From an uncultured Nitrososphaeraceae archaeon (GTDB taxonomy: Archaea > Thermoproteota > Nitrososphaeria > Nitrososphaerales > Nitrososphaeraceae), in contig CAWIMJ010000012.1 in assembly GCA_963837175.1 (NCBI GenBank), positions 64,001 through 128,000 of the forward strand: a stretch of DNA of 64,000 nt, read 5' to 3'. The stretch's first letter is position 1, and every line of letters begins with the position of its first letter. The notes below the pieces were generated by a model. It searched no databases. It was not told where the DNA came from and saw only the letters and a list, made by a program, of their open reading frames with translations. Below are positions 1 through 9,303 of the stretch, one piece after another. Position numbers and translations under genes: made by a program.

Positions 1-281
1 AAAGCAAACTATCAACCGCTGTAAACATGGCCGAGTTCATACCATTTATTGGAGACTTCCTTCCTGTATATACATTATCTACACTCATGTGGATTTCTAA
101 AGAATCTAAAAGGCGCAACAAGGAACGTGTTAGAAAATACGAACAAGAATATCACAATAAGACAAAAACACCCGTATTGAGGGCGAAATTATTATCATCA
201 TCACCGCCATCTTTGTACACTCCTCTTTGGAAAAACATCAAACTGTTCCAGTTTCTTCTCCGAGATGTCGTAGGCCGCTAA
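1..281 (+). CDS. 3' part of a hypothetical membrane protein (probably starts before the window)
   Basis: Frame is open from the window edge through the hydrophobic EFIPFIGDFLPVYTLSTLMW segment, then a charged tail. Confidence 0.4.
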   Translation, partial: SKLSTAVNMAEFIPFIGDFLPVYTLSTLMWISKESKRRNKERVRKYEQEYHNKTKTPVLRAKLLSSSPPSLYTPLWKNIKLFQFLLRDVVGR

Positions 282-786
282 CTAAACAAGTTATCTTTCT
301 CTAGTCATTTTTTAATTGATGCTGCTACTCCCTAAGCTAATAAATTAAGAAGAGTTAGAAACATCGAGTATACTTTTCGGCGGTCACAGCACTTAATCGT
401 AGTTACTATGTATTGGTAACTTCATATTCGTGTTGATGTTACTCTAATGCCGAAAATGTTTTTGTGACTGGATAATAATACAGCATCTCATTTGCCATTA
501 TATTCTTTGCTTACTTATGATATAATGAAATCAAACGCCAGATTAGCCAATAAAGTCATATGGGATTTCTAAAGAATCTAAAGGCTAAAACACAATTAGC
601 TACGAAAATTCGAAATAATTCTAACAAGAATAATATTATTCCAATGATTATTCTCTAGTATTGTTACTTCTGCCTATAATCGAGTCTATCTTCATCTAAT
701 ATCTGATTCTAAGGATATGGTTTCTCTATATTACACCTAGTGTTGATAGCTATTTTCTAATACAATAAAAGCCAAGTGTAGTTACT

Positions 787-1248
787 ATGCCAACAACAAT
801 AGGTGAAATTATGACTCAAAAATTAGAGACCATAGATGCTTCTAAGACGGCACAAGAAGCAGCAAAGAAAATGTCCGATAAGAATGTGAGCTCATTAGTA
901 GTTATGGATAGAGCAGATAAGCCTATAGGAATAGTAACAGAGCGCGATTTGGTTAGACAAGTATGTGTTAATGATGCAAGCAGCAGTAATGTTATAATTC
1001 ATCATATAATGTCTTCTCCTCTTGTAACTATTGATGCTAATTCATCAGTTGAAACAGCTGCTGATATAATGATTCAAAACAAAGTGCGGCATTTGCTAGT
1101 TGTAATGGAAGATGGAAATAGAGCTATAGGAATTATTACTTCTACTAATTTTACAACCTATCTAAAGGAAAAATTGAATATGGATGATGTCAATGCAAGA
1201 ATATTGCAGTCTCTAGCAGAAGAAGGAACAGAAGGCTTTAGACACTAA
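787..1248 (+). CDS. CBS-pair domain protein
   Basis: Two CBS repeats: IGEIMT...VSSLVV...GIVTERDL and IMSSPLVTI...VRHLLVV...GIITSTN. Confidence 0.92.
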   Translation: MPTTIGEIMTQKLETIDASKTAQEAAKKMSDKNVSSLVVMDRADKPIGIVTERDLVRQVCVNDASSSNVIIHHIMSSPLVTIDANSSVETAADIMIQNKVRHLLVVMEDGNRAIGIITSTNFTTYLKEKLNMDDVNARILQSLAEEGTEGFRH

Positions 1249-1374
1249 AAAAGTTACACTGCGAATGCCTAGTAAATCCTTTAATTTGGAATAGTATTTG
1301 ATATAATAAGGTATAGAAAATAGCATAGGAGTCAGCTGCAATTGTTATAAAGTCAATCTTAACTAAATCCTATG

Positions 1375-2397
1375 CTAACTGATGTTTAACATAATCCTGC
1401 CTTCTCTCTCTTTTTTGAATAATGCTTGTAAAGCTTCTTTAGATTCTTCAAGCTTGAATTTTTTCCATACTTTAATTTTCAGTTCTTTGGAATTATCGAT
1501 AATTTCTTTGAATTCCTTTCTACTGCCTCCAGTGGTACCTATTAACTTTATTTGCTTGGTATACAATGATTGAAGATTCAATTTAACATCGGCACCGGTT
1601 AGCACTCCAAATGTAACCCACCTTCCATTATTACCTACAGCATCCAAGCTCTTAACCCATGTATCAGCACCTAATGTGTTTAAAACAACAGATGCCATGT
1701 TACCTTGAGTAAACTCCTTTACTTCTTCTATCACTGTGTCATAAGTGGCAATATGATCCGCTCCAAATTCTTTTATCCAATTCTTACTAGTAACTGCAAT
1801 AATCTTTGCTCCCATTTTCTTACCAAATTGAATTGCTAGCATACCCGTATTTCCGGATGCACCAAATACTAGCAAAGATTCATTTATTTTTAGAGAAGAT
1901 TCCTTTAATGCATGAAAGGGAGTTAATGCAGTTACCGATAAACTTGCAGCTATATCCCAATCCATATCGTTTGGTATTTTAAACACATTCTTTTCTGGAA
2001 CTGCAATATATTCTGCAAAGCCACCATTACTGACAACGCCAATTAATCCTCCATTTTTGCAAAGCATTTCAGAACTATTTAGACAGAACTCACAGGTGCC
2101 ATCAAATAGTCTGCTATATACGACCACTCTATCACCTTCATTTAGTCGCTTTACGTGATTTCCTACTCTCTCGACTATACCGCTTATTTCTGCTCCTGGT
2201 ATATGCGGAAGTGGTTTTGCTTCAAGGGGTGACCCAGACTTTATTCCATGTTTTCCAGAAACTACAAAATAATCTATTGGATTTATACCAGCCACTTTAA
2301 CTCTTATTAATACTTCATGATCTGTTAATTGTGGGTCTGCATACTCTCTAATCTCTAAGTTTTCTAAACCTGGTTTTTTAAAAAAAGCAGCTTTCAT
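1375..2397 (-). CDS. Zn-binding alcohol dehydrogenase/quinone oxidoreductase (MDR superfamily)
   Basis: GINPID, PGAEISG, structural Zn cluster D-G-T-C-E-F-C...C, Rossmann GASGNTG. Confidence 0.9.
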   Translation of the reverse strand: MKAAFFKKPGLENLEIREYADPQLTDHEVLIRVKVAGINPIDYFVVSGKHGIKSGSPLEAKPLPHIPGAEISGIVERVGNHVKRLNEGDRVVVYSRLFDGTCEFCLNSSEMLCKNGGLIGVVSNGGFAEYIAVPEKNVFKIPNDMDWDIAASLSVTALTPFHALKESSLKINESLLVFGASGNTGMLAIQFGKKMGAKIIAVTSKNWIKEFGADHIATYDTVIEEVKEFTQGNMASVVLNTLGADTWVKSLDAVGNNGRWVTFGVLTGADVKLNLQSLYTKQIKLIGTTGGSRKEFKEIIDNSKELKIKVWKKFKLEESKEALQALFKKEREGRIMLNIS

Positions 2398-3080
2398 TTT
2401 TAGAAAATAATTTTAATGCTATTTAATATTATCGTGGTCTTAAACTATTTTTCTTCGTTGTTATATACACACAAAAATTATTACAATTAAATATCTTTTG
2501 CACATATTTGATGTAATATTAGAATTTAAAATATGCCAAGAAGATATACAGAAGTCAAGTAGTCAATATATATACAATAGATGAAAAATAACACATCGTC
2601 TAAATTAGATAGATATAGAACCGTTCTTTTAATACTAAAGTATACTTTGAATATGTAAGAGAGTGCAACTAATTAAGTATCTAGTCACTTAAAAGTCAAT
2701 GAAGGAAGCAATAATAACATATGATATAATAATTATTTCTATTTGGAATGTTTATTTATATTAATACCAACCCATGTAATGACAATGACAAGGAAGGGCA
2801 GCAGCAATAATAATATTCAAGTTTTAAAACTTAGTTTAACCTGGCAGAACAGAAGAGAGAAGAAGAAGATAATGCACAGGTTCCTCCTTCCCTCCTATTA
2901 TAGAAGAAGAGACATTTGTATTAGCGGATGGAAAGAATAGTATACTTGCAAAAGATTTGTCCTCTGAAGAGATAGGGCTTTTCGATTGATTCTTTGTTTT
3001 ATAATGTAAGTAAGTGAGTTGGTGGTAGATAGTAGTGCAATATGTTTCATTCTAATCTTCCAGAATCATATAAAATGCTG

Positions 3081-4835
3081 CTATTTATGCCTAGAGATAT
3101 GGAAACCATCAGGAAAAAAGCTTCCAAATTTATGTTCTGCCTTTGATATTGCAGAAGCTGTAACTGTGCCATCTTTACTTTGATTAACCGATTCTTTTAT
3201 AATGAGTTTGTAGGCTTCTGCGCCTTTGGTAATTTTTCTTCTAAGGTTTAAGTAATCATCATCATTGTCGTCGTCATCCTCAGGATCAACATAAAATAAT
3301 CCAAATTTTGCTTCAGGTTTATAGTTATCAAGCCATTCATAATTATCCATTAAAGACCAATGCAAGTATCCAATCACGTTCCCACCACTTTCTATAGCTT
3401 GTCTGATTTGGTCAAGGTGAGATACAATGAATGGCGCACGATACTTGTCAGACTTGTCAGCAACACCATTTTCAGTAATGAAAACAGGTATATCTTTCCC
3501 CCATTGATTTGTGATATACATAATCAAATTGTATAATCCTTGAGGATAGATCTCCCAACCCAAATCGTTGAGAATGCCATGGGATTGATGATGATGACGA
3601 TTATGATTATGACTACTATTATTATCTTTGATGCGAAGATCATTGACAAAGGCTCCTCCTATAAATCGGGCAGAAGATAGCGCAACTATATTACTATAGT
3701 ATACATAGACACGACGATAGTAATTAATACCTATAAAGTCTGTTTTATTTTTCCAATTTTCATGTATTAGAAAATTACTGCTTTTTGTGTTATGTCTTTG
3801 AAGAGTTTTTAGGTAGTTTAGATCTTCCTCACCATGTACTACAGCATTAATAAAATAATCATTAACGAAATAAGCAAAGTTTTTAGCTGCTTGGGTATTA
3901 TCAGCAGTTATAGTTGCTTTTAATAATCTTCTTATTGTTGCTTTAGCAGCTGCTGGAGTAACTTCCATCATTGCATGAGAAAAACCTGTAAGATTAGTAA
4001 TGCCATCATTATCAGCATCAACATCATCTATTTCTTTGATTTTATCATATGCTTGCACATGAGCTTCAATAAGGTTATGTAGTGCTTTTTTTGCCCTATT
4101 TCCATCAAGTAGAAAGCCAGGTGGATATAATCCAGCAATATATCCTAATCCTATAGTTGACGCTACAGGCTCTCCGATAGTTACCCAAAAATCAACTTGG
4201 TTTTTTAGTTCTGAAACTATATTACCTACAAAGCGAATAAATTCTCTAACTGTCTCATAATTTTCCCATCCTCTAAGTGATTTCCAGTATGGATCTGACG
4301 GTATAGGATCTGCAAGTGGGATATCTCTTAATGGTGATGGAAGTAAACTTTGTCCTATCTTTTTTGCAAATCTGCTAGGAGGAGTTAAGACCCATAAAGG
4401 TAATGTTAAATGGTTTAGTGTAATGATAGGTTTAAGTCCTTGTTTTTTATGTTCTTCTTGCATATGCTTTATCATTACTTTATAATGGTCAACAGCTTCC
4501 TGATTCCATTGACCTCTTTCTGGTTCAATACGCGACCATTCCAGACTTATTCTAAAACAATTCATTCCAATTTGTTTTGCAAGATCAAAATCTTTTGAGT
4601 AGTATTCAGGATGCCATGTTTTAAGAGCATCACCGGCTGGTTTTAACATAACCTGCGAAGTGCCCTTGTAAAATATATTAGGTTTTGTCAGAGCATACAC
4701 TCTCTTTTTAATATCTTCAGATGTAGTAAAGTAATTCCAGTCATTATTGGTAATTCCACCTTCTACTTGATAGGACGATGTAGAAACACCCCATAGAAAT
4801 TGTTGTAGTTGTTCATGAATATGACTGTTAACCAT
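3081..4835 (-). CDS. Glycoside hydrolase family 1 (beta-glycosidase)
   Basis: FLWGVSTSSYQVEG, FRISLEWSRIEP, acid/base TIGEP, GINYY, nucleophile ITENG, WSLMDNYEW. Confidence 0.92.
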   Translation of the reverse strand: MVNSHIHEQLQQFLWGVSTSSYQVEGGITNNDWNYFTTSEDIKKRVYALTKPNIFYKGTSQVMLKPAGDALKTWHPEYYSKDFDLAKQIGMNCFRISLEWSRIEPERGQWNQEAVDHYKVMIKHMQEEHKKQGLKPIITLNHLTLPLWVLTPPSRFAKKIGQSLLPSPLRDIPLADPIPSDPYWKSLRGWENYETVREFIRFVGNIVSELKNQVDFWVTIGEPVASTIGLGYIAGLYPPGFLLDGNRAKKALHNLIEAHVQAYDKIKEIDDVDADNDGITNLTGFSHAMMEVTPAAAKATIRRLLKATITADNTQAAKNFAYFVNDYFINAVVHGEEDLNYLKTLQRHNTKSSNFLIHENWKNKTDFIGINYYRRVYVYYSNIVALSSARFIGGAFVNDLRIKDNNSSHNHNRHHHQSHGILNDLGWEIYPQGLYNLIMYITNQWGKDIPVFITENGVADKSDKYRAPFIVSHLDQIRQAIESGGNVIGYLHWSLMDNYEWLDNYKPEAKFGLFYVDPEDDDDNDDDYLNLRRKITKGAEAYKLIIKESVNQSKDGTVTASAISKAEHKFGSFFPDGFHISRHK

Positions 4836-4881
4836 AATTTACCTTCTCCTCCATCCTGTGAATTTTCTTTCGAAGTTGATA

Positions 4882-5400
4882 TCAAAGAATTATAATAACT
4901 AACCATAGTGAGAAAGCAATACCTAAATACAAAATCAAGACCTTGTACATCCCTTTATATCTATCTTTCCTTTCATGATTACTTGCCCATATGACCTTGA
5001 ACATCCAATTAGCAAGTTTATTCTCCTTAGCAATCTCTTTAATGTCATTGTAATATCCCTCCTCATTCATCTTTTTTAGATAATCTCCCATTACGCCCTC
5101 AAACAAACGACGGGTAACATAACTTTGAATCCAAAAGAGAACTAAAGCCCAGTAAGCAATTGATAATACTATGCCGACGATCCGGATCCATATTGATTTT
5201 GTCCACAAAGCATTTTTTAAAAACGGATCCTGTGATATCTCATCATCACGATTATTTATGGTAGCAAAGATTGCAAGAATTCCAAAAATCCCTACTGCTA
5301 TTGCGATAGAAAATTGAGCATTTTCACCCATTCCTTGTATTGCAAAATTTATTAATTCATGATATGCCTTCTTACGTTCCCCATCATTATTATTATCCAT
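4882..5400 (-). CDS. Hypothetical membrane protein (about 3 TM segments)
   Basis: 172-aa ORF with three hydrophobic stretches; its 5' end is paralogous to 62760-62910. Confidence 0.7.
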   Translation of the reverse strand: MDNNNDGERKKAYHELINFAIQGMGENAQFSIAIAVGIFGILAIFATINNRDDEISQDPFLKNALWTKSIWIRIVGIVLSIAYWALVLFWIQSYVTRRLFEGVMGDYLKKMNEEGYYNDIKEIAKENKLANWMFKVIWASNHERKDRYKGMYKVLILYLGIAFSLWLVIIIL

Positions 5401-5484
5401 AAATCAGTAGAGAATAAGAACAATACTTAAAGTAATTTAGGGGTTGATTTTATTTGTCTAAGAGATCTTAACTAAATATTGTTA

Positions 5485-5646
5485 TCAATTTTGATGTTGA
5501 TGACCTCCTGTATTTACTGTAGCAGATTTGTTGCGGCATCTATGATTGATGCCAATACAATTCTGCGAATTGGCTTCCACATCATTAAAATAAATCGTCT
5601 ACTCTATTTGACAGTACTTGCATAGTTTCCACAATCCAGCCGCCAT
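5485..5646 (-). pseudogene. Small CxxC/His-Cys putative metal-binding protein with an internal TAG
   Basis: Manual translation: MAAGLWKLCKYCQIE*TIYFNDVEANSQNCIGINHRCRNKSATVNTGGHQHQN. Confidence 0.4.
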
Positions 5647-6069
5647 TATTAGTAAGATAGAACTTTGCTGTTTATTCAGCATCCTCCTGAGTATAAATCT
5701 AAAGTTGGTTATCTACTTCAGTAAAACCCAGTTTGATATGTTGACATAATTTCTGTTCTATTTTTCTTTACTTCTGACTTCTTTTGCTACTTTCTCTTTT
5801 AATACTTTCATGTAAGTACTGTTTCATGTCATTTCTCGGTAAGTGATGCCTGAACTCCAGTCTGCCCCTCCCTACTATCTGAAGTATCCTTTGTTATTTT
5901 CATTACTCGCCTTTCTAAACTCCTGCTCCATATTGGATGACCTAATGCTATCAAGTAATTTTGATTCCTTCTCGGCGAATTTTCGAGAAAAAGAAAAGCT
6001 TATACCCTGGTTTATAAATATTAGGAAACGATTATAACACATATCGGATAATGATCTAATAACACAAGG

Positions 6070-6489
6070 TTGATTAGCCAACATTATAGCGAAACGACAG
6101 ATGGAAGTACGACAAGCTTGAGTAAATTGGAAATGAGCATATTAGAATGCATAAAGAAAGAACCAAAACTAGAAAAGAAAATATCTAAGCAGGTTGGTAT
6201 TGATAATTTAATAATATCCCCAATAATTACTGACCTAATGTTTAAAAGTTATATCGAAAGGATACACAGAAAAAGAATGTTATTCTCCTCAAAAGAATAC
6301 TTCTATATAACCATAGAAGGGCTAACGGCATTAGAAGAAGCTAAAAGTAATGACGGACCGTGGAATCAACTAATTTCTATCATAAAAGAGACAATAGAAC
6401 GAAAACTATTTGAACTTTCTAGCGATCTACCCTTGACAGCTACTGCTATAAAGGCAATATACAGAGTATTAAAATATCTTTTTAGGTAG
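6070..6489 (+). CDS. Winged helix-turn-helix protein (start uncertain)
   Basis: LSKLEMSILECIK...KKISKQVGID...IITDLMFKSYIER...YFYITIEG follows the MarR/ArsR-like wHTH pattern. Confidence 0.65.
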   Translation: MISQHYSETTDGSTTSLSKLEMSILECIKKEPKLEKKISKQVGIDNLIISPIITDLMFKSYIERIHRKRMLFSSKEYFYITIEGLTALEEAKSNDGPWNQLISIIKETIERKLFELSSDLPLTATAIKAIYRVLKYLFR

Positions 6490-6999
6490 CACAAGAATTT
6501 TTTTGACAAGCCGTCTAAACTTAAATACTAAATAAAATGATGATATTCATATGAATTTTCATTAATCTATAGACTCTATTTATATCAACTTTGATTGCGG
6601 TCAGATGAAATATGCTTAAGAATTGCTTACTGACCATAAATATTACTATTAGCAACAAATTTTTTATTGAAATCAAAATAATACTACTATATAAAAAATT
6701 GTTACTTTTATAAATTTCATTATTTAATATATTGTTTAAAGTTGCATTAAATGCAGAGATGGAAAATGAAATGTGAAATATATCAGATTTTAGAATAATT
6801 AGAGGCTATAACATCATAATATTAATTGTATATTATAAAATTTAAAAACAGTTAGAAATATAGCGATAAACTAATGGAGAGTAGATTTCAAATGAATATG
6901 AAAAAGGGCAATAATATGGATTGCAGACTAAATGTCAAATAATTTGATAAACACGTGTCCATTATTTCAAATTAATGCTATTAGCATTCCTGTGTTCTG

Positions 7000-7780
7000 T
7001 CACGAGAATACGTGGATTTCTACATGCATTACAGATGTAGTCCTTAGTTGTTCAAAAATATTTTTGCCAATACCAAAAGATGGAAATAGTATAATCTCGA
7101 GCTCAGGCCTCGTTGCAAACTTTACATCTGATCCTTGACCATCCTCTTGGTAAATATGCATTTTCATCTAAAACCCACATGTCTATTTGTTTTTCATAAT
7201 CCTCTTTCAATTTCAATGAATACAATTCAGATAACTCATTGGCTGTCAAAAAACCTCTTGTTTTATATTTATCAAATAAAGGTCTAGTGTTTTTAGATGG
7301 CCCTTTTATGATATCCGAAATTAGCTTGTTTTGAAATACATCAATGTCGCGCTCATTCATTTTCAAAAACCTTTGATATTCTTTTTCTACTACTTCAGGA
7401 TGAAATCCATTGTTAGCGATAATTTCAGCTGGCTTTTTACCAGCGTTAAACTCACTATATAATTTCTTTACACCGTCTGCATCAAGATCTGGGACGTTAA
7501 GATAGGGATAATGATTATTATTATTACTTACTGGCTTCAAGCGCTGCGAAGGCAGAGCTGCAAAAGAGTCGGATTCTCCTGCAACCATTACCATTTCATC
7601 ACTTCTTGTCTTTCTCCTTATAAAAAGGCCTCTCGCTTTGCTTTTTTCCTTATACACATTTGCTTCTGTCGTATGCACAATTCTGGCAATATCTTTTACT
7701 GAAAATTTTCCTTCTGAAAGAAGTGCGATTATTCGTTCTTTCTTATTATTTGGCTTTTCTCCTACATAAATGGGTTCCAA
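7000..7780 (-). CDS. Multi-HTH protein with C-terminal CxxC; probable +1 frameshift near 7108
   Basis: N-terminal HTH (RIIALLSEGKFSVKDIARIVHTTEANVYK), a second HTH-like segment (GKKPAEII), and CKVC. The annotated ORF 7103-7780 continues as PELEIILFPSFG...HVFS to a TGA at 7000 if one base is removed. Confidence 0.55.
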
Positions 7781-7880
7781 TGAAGTTGGGTATAGTAAGT
7801 ATAGTAAGTAAATAAGCTTATCTATACCATTTATTTTGTAGCCATTATTGAACAGACTAAGGACTATATAATGACAAACT

Positions 7881-7932
7881 TAACATTACCTCACTAACCT
7901 TAACCTTACCTTACTAACCTTAACCTTACCTC
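7881..7932. repeat. 20-bp tandem repeat, about 2.6 copies
   Basis: taacattacctcactaacct / taaccttaccttactaacct / taaccttacctc. Confidence 0.9.
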
Positions 7933-8544
7933 TATTATTGAAAAAGATTCTTACTCCCTAATCATTTATTTGATTATAAATAAATTGCAAGAATGACGCT
8001 AAAAGAAGACTATATGCAAATGTCCTTGCAACTCTTGCAGTCAAGAATCATGAGTTCTCCTGGAAGGGAGGCAGATAATAAATTCATGCCTGTCATATTT
8101 TATATATATGATAAATACAGACTCCTTAATTTTTTTTCTGAGGTCAAGTATTATCTGATATATGAAGAATACTGAAGCCTAAGAGGCTCTTAAAGCATGT
8201 AGATAATTTTATAGAGATATATTTAGAAGATATACTTCAATGTTTAATGATTCGTGACATAGTATAAAATAATATATTCTATATGACGTACTGTGTTACT
8301 TACTATATCTTTCAAAAAGAGTTTTGCTTTAATGGCTAAAAAAGCCGATTCCTTGAAGACAACTATTTCGTAAACTTGGTAAAACAAAAGGATGGAAAAT
8401 GAGAATATAAAAGAATCGATTGTTCATAAATTATTAGCGTTAATGGAATGAAGAGTTGATTAGTAAGTATGAACAAAAATTCTTGTAGCAATTAATATGC
8501 ATGCGAAGAAATATAAGTTCATTATAGCCAGAATGTTGTAGTAA

Positions 8545-8940
8545 TTGAAGAAAGAATTTGTTATTTCAAAGATTGAAGCTTCTCAAGATGGGAGTCCTTA
8601 CATATACATAACATTTACTGATCCTAATGATTACAAGTCAGGAGAAAGAAAGCAGCAAAATCCATTTGGTTCTAATGTTATGGCTTTTACTTCTCCAGAA
8701 GAGTTGATGAAAAATTTACCTAAAGCAATGGGAGATATCTCAAAGATGATAACTGGAGGCGGTGGCGGTCTCACTGATTCACCAACTTTTAAAATGAGTA
8801 TGAAAGAATATGAAGAACTGGGTATAAAAGTAGGTGACAAAGTTTCGATAGAAATAAAAAAATCAGATGTACGGAATTTATACCTAATTGTGTGTAATAT
8901 TATATACTATCAATTCCATTATAAGATACAGATTTTGTAA
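8545..8940 (+). CDS. Conserved hypothetical protein, arcadin-1-like; true end probably 8887 (frameshift)
   Basis: Well-formed ORF ending in TFKMSMKEYEELGIKVGDKVSIEIK; the tail after 8870 looks non-coding while the +1 frame ends GIYT*. Confidence 0.7.
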   Translation: MKKEFVISKIEASQDGSPYIYITFTDPNDYKSGERKQQNPFGSNVMAFTSPEELMKNLPKAMGDISKMITGGGGGLTDSPTFKMSMKEYEELGIKVGDKVSIEIKKSDVRNLYLIVCNIIYYQFHYKIQIL

Positions 8941-9161
8941 TTCTGTAGATCTTGCTATGATTTAGGTATATCCATATGGTATGCTGCACTACTCTGATGC
9001 CGCTATTTAGCTCAATTGTACAGTCTTTATCATAGAGTTTGATCTACAAAAAGAGGCAGCACATGTTATTTTTGAGTATATAAAATATTATATTTAGAAA
9101 CAAATTCCAGCATCTCTTTTTTTAGATTCAAAATCTTAGAATATAGATCATGGTCTATTAA

Positions 9162-9191
9162 TCATTCAAGGTCATTCAAGGTCATTCAAGG
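9162..9191. repeat. 10-bp perfect tandem repeat x3 (tcattcaagg)
   Basis: Three exact copies directly visible. Confidence 0.95.
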
Positions 9192-9303
9192 CTAATTATT
9201 CCTTATACAACATGAGGACATTGTTTGTGATTGTGCATAACGTTATAAGAAGTGGAACAAACATAAAGATCTGATTGATTATAGGATGTAGTAAAATTCC
9301 CAT

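Noticed and set aside
91-585. 20-bp direct repeat ggatttctaaagaatctaaa at 91-110 and 563-582
   Set aside because: Only two copies, one inside a coding region, with no element between them; likely a small local duplication, not CRISPR or att sites.
8973-9003. String reminiscent of pUC/pBR322 backbone (catatggt...gcact...ctctgatgccgc)
   Set aside because: Longest exact match is about 12 bp and gapped; compatible with chance and not evidence of vector contamination.
7881-9191. Tandem repeats as possible CRISPR arrays
   Set aside because: No unique spacers, units too short, and no cas genes.
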